A DNA stretch of 64,000 bases from Tubiluchus corallicola (GCA_030141605.1 JAQGDQ010000402.1:1-64000); one strand, 5' to 3'. Positions 28,101-41,080 are shown, counted from the stretch's first letter. Made by a program: numbers and translations. The notes: generated by a model not told the origin, from the letters alone.

Positions 28101-31100
28101 CAGTTCAATAAACATAATTAGACACTTACATGTGGTCTCCCTGAGTTTTGGCGCTTATAACTTGCAAAAAAAACAATAGAAATCAATTCACAACATTCAC
28201 ATCATATCAACTTGAATTGCATACCAGGTAATGTCTACCTGGCCAACTACCTGGTCACATGACTGATGACAGTTAAAGGGGCAAGACCAAATTTAACAGG
28301 TAGGGAAACGTGTATGTGCATAACAGTCAGGCTTGACCTGATCTTAACTTGCAACACCTCATTTCAAAGAAATCCATCGAAATAACAGAGACACTGTACA
28401 TAGCTTAAGTTAAATGCGAACTGCACAATAAGTTCTACAGCAGAGTGGTTAGGCGGTCATTATAAAACAGTGATATTGGAACACGTAACTCACCAAAATT
28501 TTAACTTCAACCATACCAGTAACTGGAAGTAAGAAAGCACTCACTGCAATGATGCGAAAATGCACTGAAACAAAAACATTCGTCAAAAGCCTATTTAAAT
28601 ATCATTTACAAAATTAGTGAGACTTTTATTTACAACTAGTCATTTTGTTCTATTAACAGACACCTATAATAAGTGACAAAAGCTGATTTTAAGTACTAGG
28701 TGTTAATACATAAAAAGAAAGCAACCAATAATTGTCAGAAAATATTGATAATAGTCCTTGACCGGTCCTTGAAAATCAAGCTTTACCTGGCGGCTTTTGT
28801 AGAAAAGAGTTTGTACATAAATGACACAACAGCAAATGAAGGCAATAAATCTTTTTAACTGTTTACAATTTAGCAAATAAACAGCCCCCACAAAAAACAT
28901 GACAACATATTAAGAAATGAAAGATCAGTTTCATGGTAGCACGTCACTGGCATTAAATTTTTAAATTACTAACAATTTGCTTTTCTATAACACCAGACTC
29001 AAACAAGTTAGAGTACTACTAAAATATAAATCTTATTTACATTGCAAAATTTTAAGCTGTTTTTGCAGAACTTCCCATTAAATTGTATCAGCTTCCTGTT
29101 TCCCAAAAGCTTCCTATTGCCTTCCAGACGTTAAAAATCCTAAAGCTTAAAATTAACAGTATCATAAATCTCACAACACTTACCAGTTTGCCCTGGTTTG
29201 TAAATAGCTTTGTCAGTTTGTATGATTAAAAGGCCATGTTCAGCTCTGAAAGTCAGATCATGTTTCCTAAGAAAGCTTACTGACTGACCAGTACCGGACA
29301 CCTGAAGAAAATAACGACTATGGCGTGGATCAATAGCATCTGTTGGGATCTTCAAAGCTGCCATTGCCAACCCACCTTTCATACAAAATAAAAAAATGTT
29401 TAAAGTTTAAATCAGGGCATAAACAACTATGAATGCTGTGCTAATCTTCTTCTGGCAATTTTTGTAAATGCTGCTTAGGAATTAATTAAAAGGAAATAAG
29501 AATTAAGTACCACAATCACGTAGATTTCTTGGATTTTTTTAAAAACACTGATTTTTTTGCACTAGAAATTAATGGCATGTGCAAGTTTTGAAATGCAAAC
29601 TTTGTGTTGCAATACAGTGTGTGTAAGCGGCTGTAGCACATAATCACATGCTGCTTTCAATCATTTAAACACCAAGACCTACCAAATAAACTGAGATTAA
29701 ATTAGTGACACCAATGGGTCAGTGCTACCAATATACTCAAGTTGTCATTTCTAGTCTGTTAATTAAGCAGTAAGTTACCCTGAGCAGTAATTTTGAGTAG
29801 TTTTGTTCAATGTTTTTTTAAGATCAAGTGTTATTAAAATCAAGCACATGCAAAATTCTCAACTGGTAATTATAGGGCAAACATTTATTAATGAAGCTAT
29901 TTAGTCTTTTATAAAATTTTTACTACTCTATTCAGAAAAAATGAAGCCATGACCTTTCATTTCCAGACAAACCTCCTTCATGCTAAACAGCATGAAATGT
30001 ATTGGACACACAGTGGCCATACTAGCCATGTTTAAGGGTTACCAGAACTCTTACATCAGATTTAAAACCACTCAAATCACAGGAATACATCTGAAACTTG
30101 CAATTTACAAACTTAATTGCTGATTACATCTATTGAGTATACCAAGACCTGTATACAGACCTGTCAACCATTTTATGCAAAGATGAGTGTGAAACGTAGA
30201 AAGTGGAAGATCATCTCACCCCGTGCAAGGGACCCAGGAAGGATGAGGAATTATGCCCCAAAAATTTTGGCTTTTTCTGAGTATCAAAATCAAATCATCG
30301 AAAAATTAAGGCAAACAAATAAAAGAAATTAAAATAATTTTTGTGTACTACTGAGCCTTCTGATGCTGTTATTACATTTTACTATACTTATATATAAATA
30401 TGTTCTTTTCCAGACAAAAGCTTAATAGCATTCAAAAGTGCTTAGTTTTCAATAATTGCAATACTCTTTAGTATAATATACACGTGCGACTCGTGTAGCC
30501 TTACTGTATGATTGAAAGTAGCACTACTAATTATGTTCATGGTTCATGCATATGACGAAGGAAGCCAGGTGATTTGCAAACTTATGTGTGAAGTTGCGCA
30601 ATGCCTGAGAACTGAAATTTGTTGCGTGTGCACATGTGAAATATTTAAAATAAGTGTGACACACATCTAATGCACGAGAACTAACAGGTATGAAGGCATA
30701 TAGGCCAGAAAATCCCTACCTTTTCTACTATGTGTGTTTTCAGTACACATTCCAAAGTGCTATAGCTAACACAGTCTAAAGAAAGTTCCGATGTGCTAAA
30801 GTGTTACCTACCTGGTACGACAGTATGCTGCTGACTAACCACCAAAGTGGAATGTGCATTTCTTAGCATCTGTCGATGCACCTGAACTGTAACAGTTACA
30901 TCATGTTCGACCTGTGGTGAGATGCCCACTGATACACTATATTCGGTGTTTGCGCGCACGATTTTTGGAGCAACGATGAAATAAGTTGGCAAATGCCTCG
31001 TGCTTTCTACGGATTGTCGACCAGGACTAATCTCCACACCTGCGTTAGACCTAAGTTGCAATAAACAAAGATTAAACATAAGAAATATACAAATAGGGGA

Positions 31101-32510
31101 CAAGGGGCACCAGTAGTGGAAAAGTTTATGTAAATGCATTTTAAATCGAAACTTAGCTTTCTAAAAAAACAATGACAAATCAGCCTTGATATATGATTAT
31201 ACCTACATAATTTTATTCATTTCAAATTAATGTTAAACAAAGGCAACAATTAATATGTTAGTCAGGCTGACATTCCTGTACTGTAATATAACGAAAAATG
31301 TAACACGCGCGTTACACAAAAAAGAAGTCACTACATAAGTATTACATACTGTCTACTGCCTATTATATAATTATAAGAAACCATCATTGTATATTTTAAA
31401 GCACTTTATAAACATTACTAAGAATAATCTTGTATTCAGGGTCATAGAAACATGGTATACTTGCGCATGCACGTGTTATGTGTGACATTTTTTGTAAAAT
31501 GTACGTGTATATTGATCGGCCTTGTTGGTCATATGTCCTAACAAAGTAAATTAAAAAATTATATTGGCATACAAAGCTAAAAAGTAATATTTGCAAAAAC
31601 TGAGATTTTGAGAAAAATATAATACAATTTTGAAAAATATGCCATTTGCAAAAAGAAAATTTAAACAGTATTATTATAAACAAACAAAGGTATGGTATGT
31701 GATGCCAGTTGGAACTATATAGATAGAAAGGTAGAAGAGTTATGACACAAATTTCGAAAGATAGTTTGTTTATTCAAGGATGAAAAGACTAAACAATAAT
31801 AAAATTTTAAAAAACTGACTCTATAAATGCAGTAAAGGAAATTTAATAAAAATATTAGAGCTGAGTTTTTTGGTTCATATATAGAGCGGATTTAAATAAA
31901 ATGTCTATAGGTGTACCAGATGTAGATTCTGGAAGACGCAGCTACTACTTTTTCCACAATTCGATCTGTATAAGTGCTTTTAAATTTTCAACTATAGCTT
32001 ATTTTTGCATTTATTACGACAGGTACGTGGTCATTGGTTACTGTGGAACAAAGCAAAATATAATTTAAGCAAAACTATATAAGACAAATTTAAATATCAG
32101 AGTGCCATCTGCTTTGAAGAAATAAATCAAAATTTGAAGTACGTGTCAAACCTTCAACTAATTCCTTTTAATTTTCACAGCACACAAACATACATATGTA
32201 CATACTCACATAAATGCATAATGCACATGTGTATACACAAACATACACAGTTATATGTCTAATGCGAAAACAACATCAAAATCAAGCAGATTTACATATG
32301 TGTGATGTGTAGCAGAGCAGAAAACAAATACTGTTAGTAACAAAAACAATTAAATTGGACAAGTTTCAATCTTTGATTTCAGACAGAAAATACTTACTCA
32401 TAAGGGTCCCAACTTTCAGTATAAGGGTTCCAACTCTCAGTGCTAATGAGCATAACAAAAACTAAAAAGAAAATCTGTTCGCAGGTATACCAACACAGTA
32501 ATGTCATCAT
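890..32510 (-). CDS. Thioester-containing protein (A2M superfamily; CD109/invertebrate TEP-like), 32 coding exons, ~1507 aa, predicted secreted
   Basis: Coding exons in transcript order (GT-AG, phases consistent, total 4524 nt): 32398-32510, 30812-31050, 29184-29375, 28494-28564, 27348-27476, 26232-26274, 25901-25985, 25534-25621, 24953-25055, 24012-24118, 23576-23785, 22857-23027, 21441-21629, 20224-20373, 18939-19016, 18009-18063, 16871-17018, 15620-15737, 14260-14454, 13242-13370, 12421-12553, 11654-11833, 10218-10293, 9492-9648, 8568-8663, 7123-7285, 6206-6390, 3977-4135, 3191-3253, 1873-2180, 1225-1399, 890-1105. Family motifs: signal peptide, IQTDKAIYKPGQTV, LPRFEV, FKPGL, VGLLVVDKS, RKYFPETWLW, VPDTITMW, FRPFFV, CGEQ, WLTAYV, GGFGTTQDT, MVLIEANMPSGF. 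No anaphylatoxin, beta-alpha tetrabasic site or C345C domain was seen, so it is not C3. The terminal exon is the least certain. Confidence 0.93.
1873..2180 (-). CDS. TEP CUB-MG8 junction exon with acidic insertion
   Basis: Open 308-nt exon VTWCWN...EEETEEEYEELPAFYLELRV...FSVDVCA, phase 0 to phase 2, matching the flanking exons. Confidence 0.85.
5447..5517. repeat. (CA)n/CACG microsatellite
   Basis: Directly visible. Confidence 0.9.
6550..6657 (+). mobile_element. HINE/Helentron-like short element with (GGTTAG)n core
   Basis: Inverted repeat agtttacaattcccgcacac / tgtgtggggaattgtaaact around ggttagggttag repeats; 22 bp identical to the element at 57980 in reverse orientation. Confidence 0.55.
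6980..7139. repeat. ~80-bp tandem duplication including a TEP exon 3' end and donor site
   Basis: 6980-7057 and 7063-7139 are near-identical (attggcta...accatcaaactttgccgtt). Confidence 0.85.
9492..9648 (-). CDS. TEP thioester-domain exon carrying the catalytic-residue loop
   Basis: LTAYVMKSFSDASEYITVRASYVVNFMEWLVSKQNEDGTYEDFGRLHYGFMR; matches the WLTAxV...WL...Q..DG.F.E.G pattern. Confidence 0.9.
10441..10849. mobile_element. MITE-like element with long imperfect inverted termini
   Basis: gtctaccgctgtagtttatcttcaggtgaa...taactg pairs imperfectly with agttatttaatgtgatct...ttcacctgaagctaaactacaatagtagac. Confidence 0.55.
11041..11451. repeat. Tandem repeat, three units of ~130-142 bp
   Basis: Units start cagtcaggtagtgt at 11041, 11183 and 11311. 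Confidence 0.9.
11654..11833 (-). CDS. TEP thioester exon (KCGEQ; CGEQ at 11760-11771)
   Basis: NLMGSASAQLSKKIYLNAMKCGEQVMLCLATNIHILYFLERTGLVQSRKRKAAITIIRK; phase-1 junctions match both neighbours. Confidence 0.92.
16871..17018 (-). CDS. TEP bait/hypervariable-region exon ending in FPETWLW
   Basis: MSGIGGISGRSGMQRSQQTQQITDVDPLATYVRKYFPETWLWLNTSTT, flanked by ttcag and gtagta. Confidence 0.92.
26650..26790. repeat. AT-rich minisatellite (aaaattacatgtcaaacttacata-containing units)
   Basis: About four imperfect copies visible. Confidence 0.85.
27727..27901. mobile_element. MITE with perfect 24-bp terminal inverted repeats
   Basis: ctgacaggtcaatcttttacatta (27727-27750) and taatgtaaaagattgacctgtcag (27878-27901). 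Confidence 0.75.
32398..32510 (-). CDS. TEP first coding exon (signal peptide)
   Basis: MMTLLCWYTCEQIFFLVFVMLISTESWNPYTESWDPY followed by GA|gtaagt; phase 2 matches the next exon. A tttttttcag acceptor just upstream (exon start 32556) implies a further non-coding exon. Confidence 0.8.
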
Positions 32511-33690
32511 ATTCTTTTGCCAAACTTCAACAACAACAAGCAGTAGCTAGAAGGCACTGAAAAAAATGGTTAAAACTAAGGCTCAAACAAGAATTTAGCA
32601 GAATCAAAATGAATATTTTATGATAAAGACACCGAAAGATCTAAGCAAACACCCACACACGCACGCACGCACGCAAACACACACATGCATTCCTTGATGC
32701 ACATTAGACATTCAACACTCTGCATTCTTAGGTATCATATACATTCATAATTCATGACTAAGCCCCACATGCATACACAAGCTCTTTCATGGTCTGTCAT
32801 ATAGATGCCTTTCTCAAATGTATGCAACAAATATTCCTAAATTAGTGGAAGGCATTAATTCTTATGCTTTTTTGTGGAAGGCAAGTAAGATAACATTGGC
32901 ACAAGAAAACACCATAATTTTTTCAGCAAAGAACAAAAAGCGTAGGCTGTTGTAATCAGAAAGTTAAATGACACATAGATGTAATATGTACACATGTTCA
33001 CTACTACATTTTTATTAACTAGCAATATATTGCACTATGTACACCCCTTTCATGTGTGAACTCTACGCTTCTATTACATGAATATGAAAATAAGTTTATT
33101 CTACTGGTCATACAAAAACCGCTTCTGCTGCTTTCTTACTGATCTGATCAGCTCAAATTGCAACGGGATGAATTTTTGTAATCATTATATTTGGGAACTT
33201 TGACATGTAATCTCCAATAAAGGTACCAATTTTTTCATTACTCTTCTGTTATGTAAATTGATAACGAAAAGTTGGAGCAACTGACCTCGTACGGAATTCT
33301 ATAACCTGGGTAGTCTATGCCATTGTTGGCAAGATACTGCCTGCAGTTCAATGAAGTTAGGAGAAGTGGATAATGCAAACCCTGTGTAGGCTGCTTATGG
33401 ACAGCTCAACGTTTAGTTTGCGTCTGCTGCACTATTTTTCAGGTAAACTTGGTAACTTGGATTCATTTTACTATATCGCCACTGGTGAGCTGAAATATCA
33501 CATTCTAATGTTTTAGTCACTATTTTAAAATGTTATAATGATTTGCTTGATTACCAGATGAAGATTTGCTGAAGGTGACTGGTTTTTACTAATCAGTTAT
33601 GAACAGCCATAGTACAGCTTTTTATCAGGCACTAACCACAATGTACAGCCAATATGCAACAATGCTGATTTTTAACAGCAATACAATGGC

Positions 33691-35841
33691 CAGGGCTGGA
33701 TTACCCTATAGGCTAGTATAGGCTGCAGCCAAGGACCTCTCAAGCTAGGTACATGATATTTGACATTTGTGCGTGGGACATTTGGACATGAGACACTTGG
33801 GCATCAGTAAAATTTAGTGTTGTACCTATTTTTTTATTTTTGTTTGTTCAACTTTTTATGATTCACCATCTTCCTAACTCTCATTATAATAATATTATCT
33901 CTCAACTCAAAGTGTACAAATTATGTATGAATAAAGATGTTATACATAATATTTTTTAAGATTAGTTTACCAAATTTAACATATATAGTAACACGTGTTA
34001 TAACTATTAAAACCAGTCAATTGACTTTACACTTTCCAGTTTTCTACTTTTATTGTTTATACAATGAACGAAGCAGAAGAAGGCACTACATGCTTAGATT
34101 AGCATTTTGTTAATATTACAGCAACAATTTAGTTCAAAAATATCTAAAGAATCTCAAAAATAGTAATACAAAACTGTGCGCAGCAAGAGGTCTAGCTCAC
34201 AACAATACTTAGTGTTTCTGCAGCAATTCAACTAACAGTATATTATCACAATTGATATCCCAATTGACACTGTATTCATTGAGGGCCAGCTTGATGTGAT
34301 TTAGAAGAAATGGACGTGTAAGTGTGTTGTTTTATACTAACTACACCCACTCGAAATCAACCAGATCTATGAATGCACCAAATACTTAATGCACGGTTAT
34401 CTAAATCGAGATCTTAACAACTATAACTGTAAGTTTTTTGGCCGTACTTCTCGCGAAATATGTGATACATGTAATATATACCAGTCAGCAACTCAGCAAC
34501 ACAGGTAAAGTGGGTTATACTTATAGCTGTTTCCAATTTTAATTACACAATCGTATTCAGGAAAATAATCATTTACTTTCCCATGAAAAAATGTTCTAAA
34601 AGTTACGTAATAATATAGCAGTGAACAAGGATTACCGCAACTTTACTATAGGCAGCATCATTTGCAGTATTTCACGGTAAATAATGTCACGGTTCTTGCA
34701 TTAGGCATATACTTAAATCTAAACTACAGAAAAGCAATATATGCATGCATTTATCTCGATTTTTGATTTTTATCCACTTACATGGAAACATTGTAGTGCG
34801 AGAAATCAGGGCAAACTAGAAACTGTTCATTATGGGGAGCTTAGGTTTGTTTGTGAACCTTTTAACAGTTCATAAGAAGACCTACAAATATATGTGACAC
34901 TAGCTCATTAAGCCTACAATGGTTTACGGCCTTGGAAACTTATGAAATACTTAATGGTGACTGACCATCATATACGTTACAACTCGTTGAAAGAAAGGAA
35001 TCGGTATGTAGTTTTAGATAAACAAGTATTTTAGACATGCCAAGAGAAAAGAATTAAAAAATATGGTTAAAATAGTTTTCAAAGTTCTAGTGTAAAAATT
35101 TGGAATAGATTACCTGAGCATGTGAGAGTTGCTTTGAATGATCATTTCAATGTTTTTAAGAAGCTTTTACTTATATGGAATGGAAAGTCTTACAGATATT
35201 CTCTTTGTAATAATGTATAAAGTTCTACCAAAATTTGTCCACATTGCTTACCTGCATTTTCTGTGCAACTTACACTTACGTAATTTTAGTTAGGCTTTAA
35301 TTTAAACGACAAATTAACTTTTATTGGTTCTTATTTACTTATAGGGATAAATATTTTTATGGGTATATTTTTAGCTTGTATTTCTTATTTATTCCTTACC
35401 AGTCTGTTGTAACAGCTTCATAGCTTATATTTATAGTTTGTATGACTGGACTTTTAATGAAGTATACTCTACTTCACTCTACTCTAGTCACGTAACAGCG
35501 CACTGTGTGTTGGCTAGTGCGCGCCCAAATGTTTCACACCCAAGTGAGCCAGTGCCATAGTGTATGGCACTCAAACGGCTGTATCCAATTTTCAACTATA
35601 AAAAAGGAGGCCAGAAAGTCTGAAAATCCAATTTAAAGTGGCTCCTCATTTAAGAGAAAGAATCCCTGTTTGAAGCCTTTCATTTGAAATATGGGATCCC
35701 CAGCTACGCAAATGTTGCTGAAATATATCACAAGTAAAAAATATTCGAGACAAGTGCGAAAAAATTAGAGGGTGGCTCAGTCTGATGGGACCCCATAATT
35801 TTATTAGCCTAGAGGACCCAAAAAGTCATAATCCGGCCCTG
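33691..35841. mobile_element. Non-autonomous hAT-type DNA transposon (~2.15 kb)
   Basis: TIRs cagggctggatta / taatccggccctg; flanking 8-mers acaatggc and acggtggc match 6/8, consistent with a decayed 8-bp TSD. Confidence 0.65.
34900..35230 (+). mobile_element. CR1/L2-group LINE 3' fragment nested in the hAT element
   Basis: YG*NSFQSSSVKIWNRLPEHVRVALNDHFNVFKKLL matches the SF...WN.LP...FK..L C-terminal motif; boundaries approximate. Confidence 0.6.
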
Positions 35842-36469
35842 ACGGTGGCCACAGAGATACTGCGACATTCTGATTGTCAAGTACCCTACCATGCATGTGT
35901 GATGAGAGCACTTAGAAATCTATTAAGCCTGTTCTACTCCTTAATTTGTTTGCCTACTTGTTGCTTTGCAATGCCTAGATTAGAGTTAGCTGACTAGATC
36001 TGGCTGACAATGACTTGATTCTGAATCTAGTTTCTCTCTTGTTCTTGGCAGTACTGGATTCTGCCATCGCACTGGCTTGTGTATCACCGTGCTTTCTTTA
36101 CTCAACTGTATTTTTTTAAACATTTTATGCCGACTGATGTTTGTGCTTGTTTGGTTCATTCAAAACTATAGCAGTGTGCTTTTAATTTAATACTGTGATC
36201 CGCTTTTAAGAGGAAGTGTACTGAATATCCTTTTCATGCTAAATGTAGGCTTCTGTTATGTACTATAACAGCCAAGTTTATCCAATTGGACAGCATAAAA
36301 GCAGGTTTTGCTGCTTTAATAATTGTTCAGTTAGTTTAAACGCACAGCATAAACTCTATTTGATCACTGTATTTGGAAGCGTTGTTACAAATATCATTTA
36401 TAAAGAACGGTATTACTATAAGTACTAGCCAAACCCCACAAAAAGAATTTTGTGCACAAATCAACACAA

Positions 36470-37406
36470 AACCCACACCACACCACTCCACCTCATCACA
36501 CCACACTGCACCACACCATACCACTCCACCACATCACACCGCACAGCACCACACCATAACACCACACTGCACCACACCGCCCACCCACCTACACACCACA
36601 CCACCCACACCACACCATACCACCTACACACCACACCACCCACACCATACCACTCCACCACATCACACCACACTGCACCACACCATACCACTGCACAACC
36701 CACACACCACACCACCCACACCATAATACTCCACCACATCACACCGCACAGCACCACACCATAACACCACACTGCACCACACCACCCACCCACTACACAC
36801 CACACCATACCACTCCACCACATCACACCACACCGCACCACAACATACCACTGCAGCACACCGCACGACCCACATACCACACCACACCAACCACACCATA
36901 CGACTGCACCACACCATACCACTGCACCACACCACACCGCACCACCCACACACCACACCACCCACACCATAATACTCCACAACATCACATCGCACTGCAC
37001 CACACCATAACACCACACTGCACCACACCACCCACCCACTACACACCACACCACCCACACCATACCACTCCACCACATCACACCACACCGCACAACACCA
37101 TACCACTGCAGCACACCGCACCACCCACACACCACACCACACCATACGACTCCACCACATCACACCACACTGCACCACACCATACCACCACACCGCACCA
37201 CCCACACCACACCACCCACACCATAATACTCCACCACATCACACCACACTGCACCACACCATAACACCACACTGCACCACAACACCCACCCACACACCAC
37301 GCCACCCACTCCATACCACACTACCCACACCACACCCCACACACCCTATCACCCCACCACACCATCCATAGCACAACACACAAAGCACACCACCACCACA
37401 CCACAT
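36470..37406. repeat. ~0.9-kb (CACCA)-based complex minisatellite
   Basis: C/A-dominated pentamer variants with recurring higher-order blocks (cataccactccaccacatcacaccacactgcaccacac). Confidence 0.95.
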
Positions 37407-37644
37407 CAAATCCACCACCTCACGTGGTGATCATGATGTTGATGATGATGATGATGATGGTGGCAACGATGACAACACCTATAGCACAAGCACCAACAGC
37501 ACAGCATTACAACAAAACCATTCCAAACATTTTTCACAAAGTTGAAACTATGTGCTATAATATAATAAATAGCAAAGGCCCCGCAAAAGATTGCGTATAA
37601 ATACACGTGTAATCAATAATACGCGAACATCCTACCTAGTCCAC

Positions 37645-37758
37645 ATTTATAACACAAAGCCAGTAACATCGTGTCTACTGTTTGTTTACTTTGCCTGTAG
37701 CAGCTTTTTGCTGAATTAAAGCTATAAGATTATAGACAGAATACAATGGATGACGTCA
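37645..37758 (-). promoter_or_regulatory. Candidate promoter (CRE, forkhead site, TATA), possibly for the TEP 5' non-coding exon
   Basis: TGACGTCA 37751-37758, TGTTTGTTTAC 37679-37689 and minus-strand TATAAAT 37645-37651 in plausible order; motif match only. Confidence 0.25.
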
Positions 37759-37899
37759 CAACAATGCCTTTGCGTCAGCAGTTTTCTAAGTGAAAATTGC
37801 CGAAAATAGAACTCCTAACTAACTCGTTGATACTCCTCTCGGTGGACCTGCCCTAAAATATAACTTACATCATCGTGTAGCCCTGTCCTTCCTCTTTGT

Positions 37900-38368
37900 A
37901 AAGAGCTATAAATCTCCTCCCGAGAGTCCCACCGGGCGCCGCTAGAACGTTTTTCCCGCAGGCTGTTTGGTCAAAATTTCGAAAAAATCGCGAGTTGGCT
38001 CCGGGAAAACGCCCGTTGCGGGACGCCCTGGCCCTCTCGGGAATTCTAAATATGCCTACTACACCCACCGCTGAACGGGCTATCTATCCATACCCAGTAC
38101 CCCCCTCGGCCCGTTCCCGTTCTCTACATTTCAGCCGTATAACTTTTGCAAAAAACGGCCGAAAAAGGGCCATTTTTGGGGGTTTTTCGCCTCCCGTTCC
38201 TCCCGGTGGGCCCGATTCGAAAAATAAACCATCAATGAGAAGACACTAGATCGAGACCTTTCGTTTGATATATAGATCGCCGCAAATGGTGCCCTCGTCG
38301 AAGCTGTAGCCTCGAATCTTATATATATATAAATAAATATATATACCAAGAATATTAATATAAGAGAT
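37900..38368. mobile_element. GC/CpG-rich island, probably a non-autonomous DNA-transposon/Helitron-like insert
   Basis: Abrupt rise in GC and CpG; the minus strand begins ATCTCTTATATTAATA followed by a TA-rich microsatellite, like Helitron-type 5' ends; no clear 3' CTAG end was found. Confidence 0.35.
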
Positions 38369-40901
38369 AACTATAAGTATTCTGTTATTACACGAATTGA
38401 TATCGTTGAAAATTTAGTGTTATACCACGTCCACTTGCCATTTGTATTTGCTCGCACCAGTTTTAACTAACCTGGGTAGTTTATGCGCTGTGACGAGGTA
38501 CTGCTTGTGCCTCAAATTCCTCAATATTACACATGTGGTTGGCACTTTCAGAAATTTTACTTTGTTGATAGATCCAACATGTATTATCTTTGTTGCTAGG
38601 ACTACCGTTGTTCACTTATCAATTTTCCGCGATTTTAAATTGTTTCTACGAACAAGACTATTTTTAATATGATTTAATCGAAAGTGGCGCTAAAAAACCA
38701 CTGGCATAGCAGTGTCTAGTTTTTTCCTGGATTACTCCTGTGCTTACCCGTCTTGAGGGCTGGTATTTTAAAATTATTTTATCCTTTTAGAATTAGAATT
38801 GTTTTATTTCAGAATTATGTGTACCCAAAAGTGAGTGATGGACATCAAAGTGATGGACATCAGAGTGATGGACAAAATTATTGTGACGACATGATGAAAT
38901 CAAATTTGGTTTTTCTTACAAACACAGAAACACTCAACGTTAAAATAATTTAGCTGCAGCAGCTGCATTTACTAGTTTGAAATACGCATTACAGTGTACC
39001 GCATAATATAAATTCGGCCATCTAACAGTCGGATCACTATCCCCCTCTTTAGGAACAGTTACACTAATTAGAATCCTAGATGCAACTGTCATAGTTATTT
39101 TATGTCAAATATCTCTTGGATTTAGTTAGTCAAAGTAATAACAAATACAGTGTATTTCTAATAGTATTATTAGTTTATTCTAGTTCACATCATTAGTCAT
39201 TATAACTTGCTAGCATCTGGGCCTGCAAGCTATAGAATAGTATACTACATGTAGTACTAAATTAAATTACGAATAAATCTTCACTGTGAATAGAACACCC
39301 AAGATTTTTATGTGACGGGCTTACTAGTTTACCAGTGTTACTTTTAATGTCATGTAAAGTTATTACACTAGATTAATTTTGTCACGTTTGTTATCTTTTC
39401 TTTTTGCAATCTAACAACTACGCATAAACTATTCTGTCTATGTACACGTTACATACAAGCAATGACTTTTTTTACTTGAAAGTAAGTTATTATTTATTTA
39501 CGAATTCGGTTTTCTTAGTTTTCAGTTACCAGTCTCAATTCTCCATATATACAGGGGAGGAATGAACATTCAACGCTCGAGTCGTTCACTCGTTCGATCG
39601 TGCAAGTTCGATTGGAACGAGTTTTTAGTTCAATAAATCCCTAATAAAGGGCATATGATGCAAAGTTTATCTGCAACAACTTTCTGAGACAGATTTTTGT
39701 TACTCTGTAGACTCGATAAACGCTGTGTTACAAACTTTCTTGCACACAAATTTTAATGTGCTTAATTTTCTGTCTCACACAACTGATTCTGTTTTCGTCA
39801 GCCCAGGGCAGCGGGCTCAATATCAAACTCCGTCTAAGAGAAAGTCAGATCAGGCCAAGAGAAGATGCAGTCGTTTTGGTTACATATCGTCTAATAATTA
39901 ATTTTTGCTAAAATTATCAGTTTTCTTCGTAAAAAAGTTGCCGTCAAGTAATTTTTAAGAGTTTTTTACAGTCTACTTCTGTAAATTTCGTCCACTTACT
40001 GCAGTTATTATTGTTGTCGTCGTTTTAGTCGACATCACATATATGGGCTTACATGCTTCAATTTGTATCTTTTACTGTAAAAAGCTAGGTTATTGTAACT
40101 ACCGAGGTCAGTTTTATCATTTGTATATCAATTTGCATTGCTATGAATATTTTAATACTGACCAACATTTGAAAAATTTACACTCCTAAGCAGACTACTA
40201 ATTTAAACAAGTTATCTGACATAATAGCATAATCGATTATACAAGAGTCAATCGTTAACAATCACACTGACTGCTGATTTTCTCATTTTATCTGGTTGGG
40301 CTGTTCGCGTGATGAATTTCCCGTAACGATGTAAACTTTATTCCACAAGTTATTAGATCTGCAAAGAAGAAACGCATTAAATTCTTAAGAAGCAACGTAA
40401 AACAGGTAATTTATGGACCTGTTTGGAAGCTAACTTTCACAAAATATTTTATACAACATACACAACCAAACAAAAATTACATTAGTGATATTCGATTAAC
40501 TTAATACGCATGCCGTTACTAAAATTAAACGGAAACTCACGCAAACTCCTCCAAAAAAACAATGTTATTTATATTTAGAATGTTTATATTTGGATAGTTT
40601 TAATGTTGCGTGATTTGTTTTTCTTCTTTTCTGGTTACCTGTACGCACCTACTATTCGTCTCAATCAAGCCACCTGGCACTCTAAAACTATAGGGTTCCT
40701 AATTATAAATGCACTGATCCCAGATGGAGCTCAGAGTGTTCTTTTAGAATAAATCACTTCAATTATCGAAAAACATTGCGATAAGAAAAGGAAATACATA
40801 TCTGACATATGCCAAACTGCCAATGAAGCTGATCAAACTGGTACAAATTTGTGTAATCTGACCCTTGGTGTCAATAAATATAATTATGTTATTAATCATT
40901 G

Positions 40902-41080
40902 TGACGCGTTAAGACGTAGAGACCTTTCTTAACTTGTTACGCATCTTATGTCTGAGAGTAAAGTTGCAACGTGTGAACGGCTTGGCAACTTCTCTCGCAA
41001 CTTGTTGCAACGTGTGAACTGCTTGGCAGAAAGAATCTGCTCAACAATCTGCGAGAGAAGTCTCTACGTATGAACGCGCC
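40902..41080. mobile_element. MITE with imperfect TIRs
   Basis: gacgcgttaagacgtagagac / gtctctacgtatgaacgcgcc; internal duplicated gttgcaacgtgtgaac.gcttggca. Confidence 0.6.

Noticed and set aside
31918-31965. Small AG-GT bounded segment between TEP exons 1 and 2
   Set aside because: Its exit phase does not match the phase-2 acceptor at 31050, and exon 1 joins exon 2 cleanly without it.
890-32510. Assignment as complement C3/C4 or as a strict CD109 ortholog
   Set aside because: No anaphylatoxin, beta-alpha tetrabasic site or C345C domain, and no GPI tail; orthology needs a phylogeny, so no gene symbol is given.
36336-37342. Long ORFs (up to 224 aa) rich in V/W/C/G or H/T/P
   Set aside because: Translations of the CACCA minisatellite, open in several frames only because the repeat lacks stop codons.
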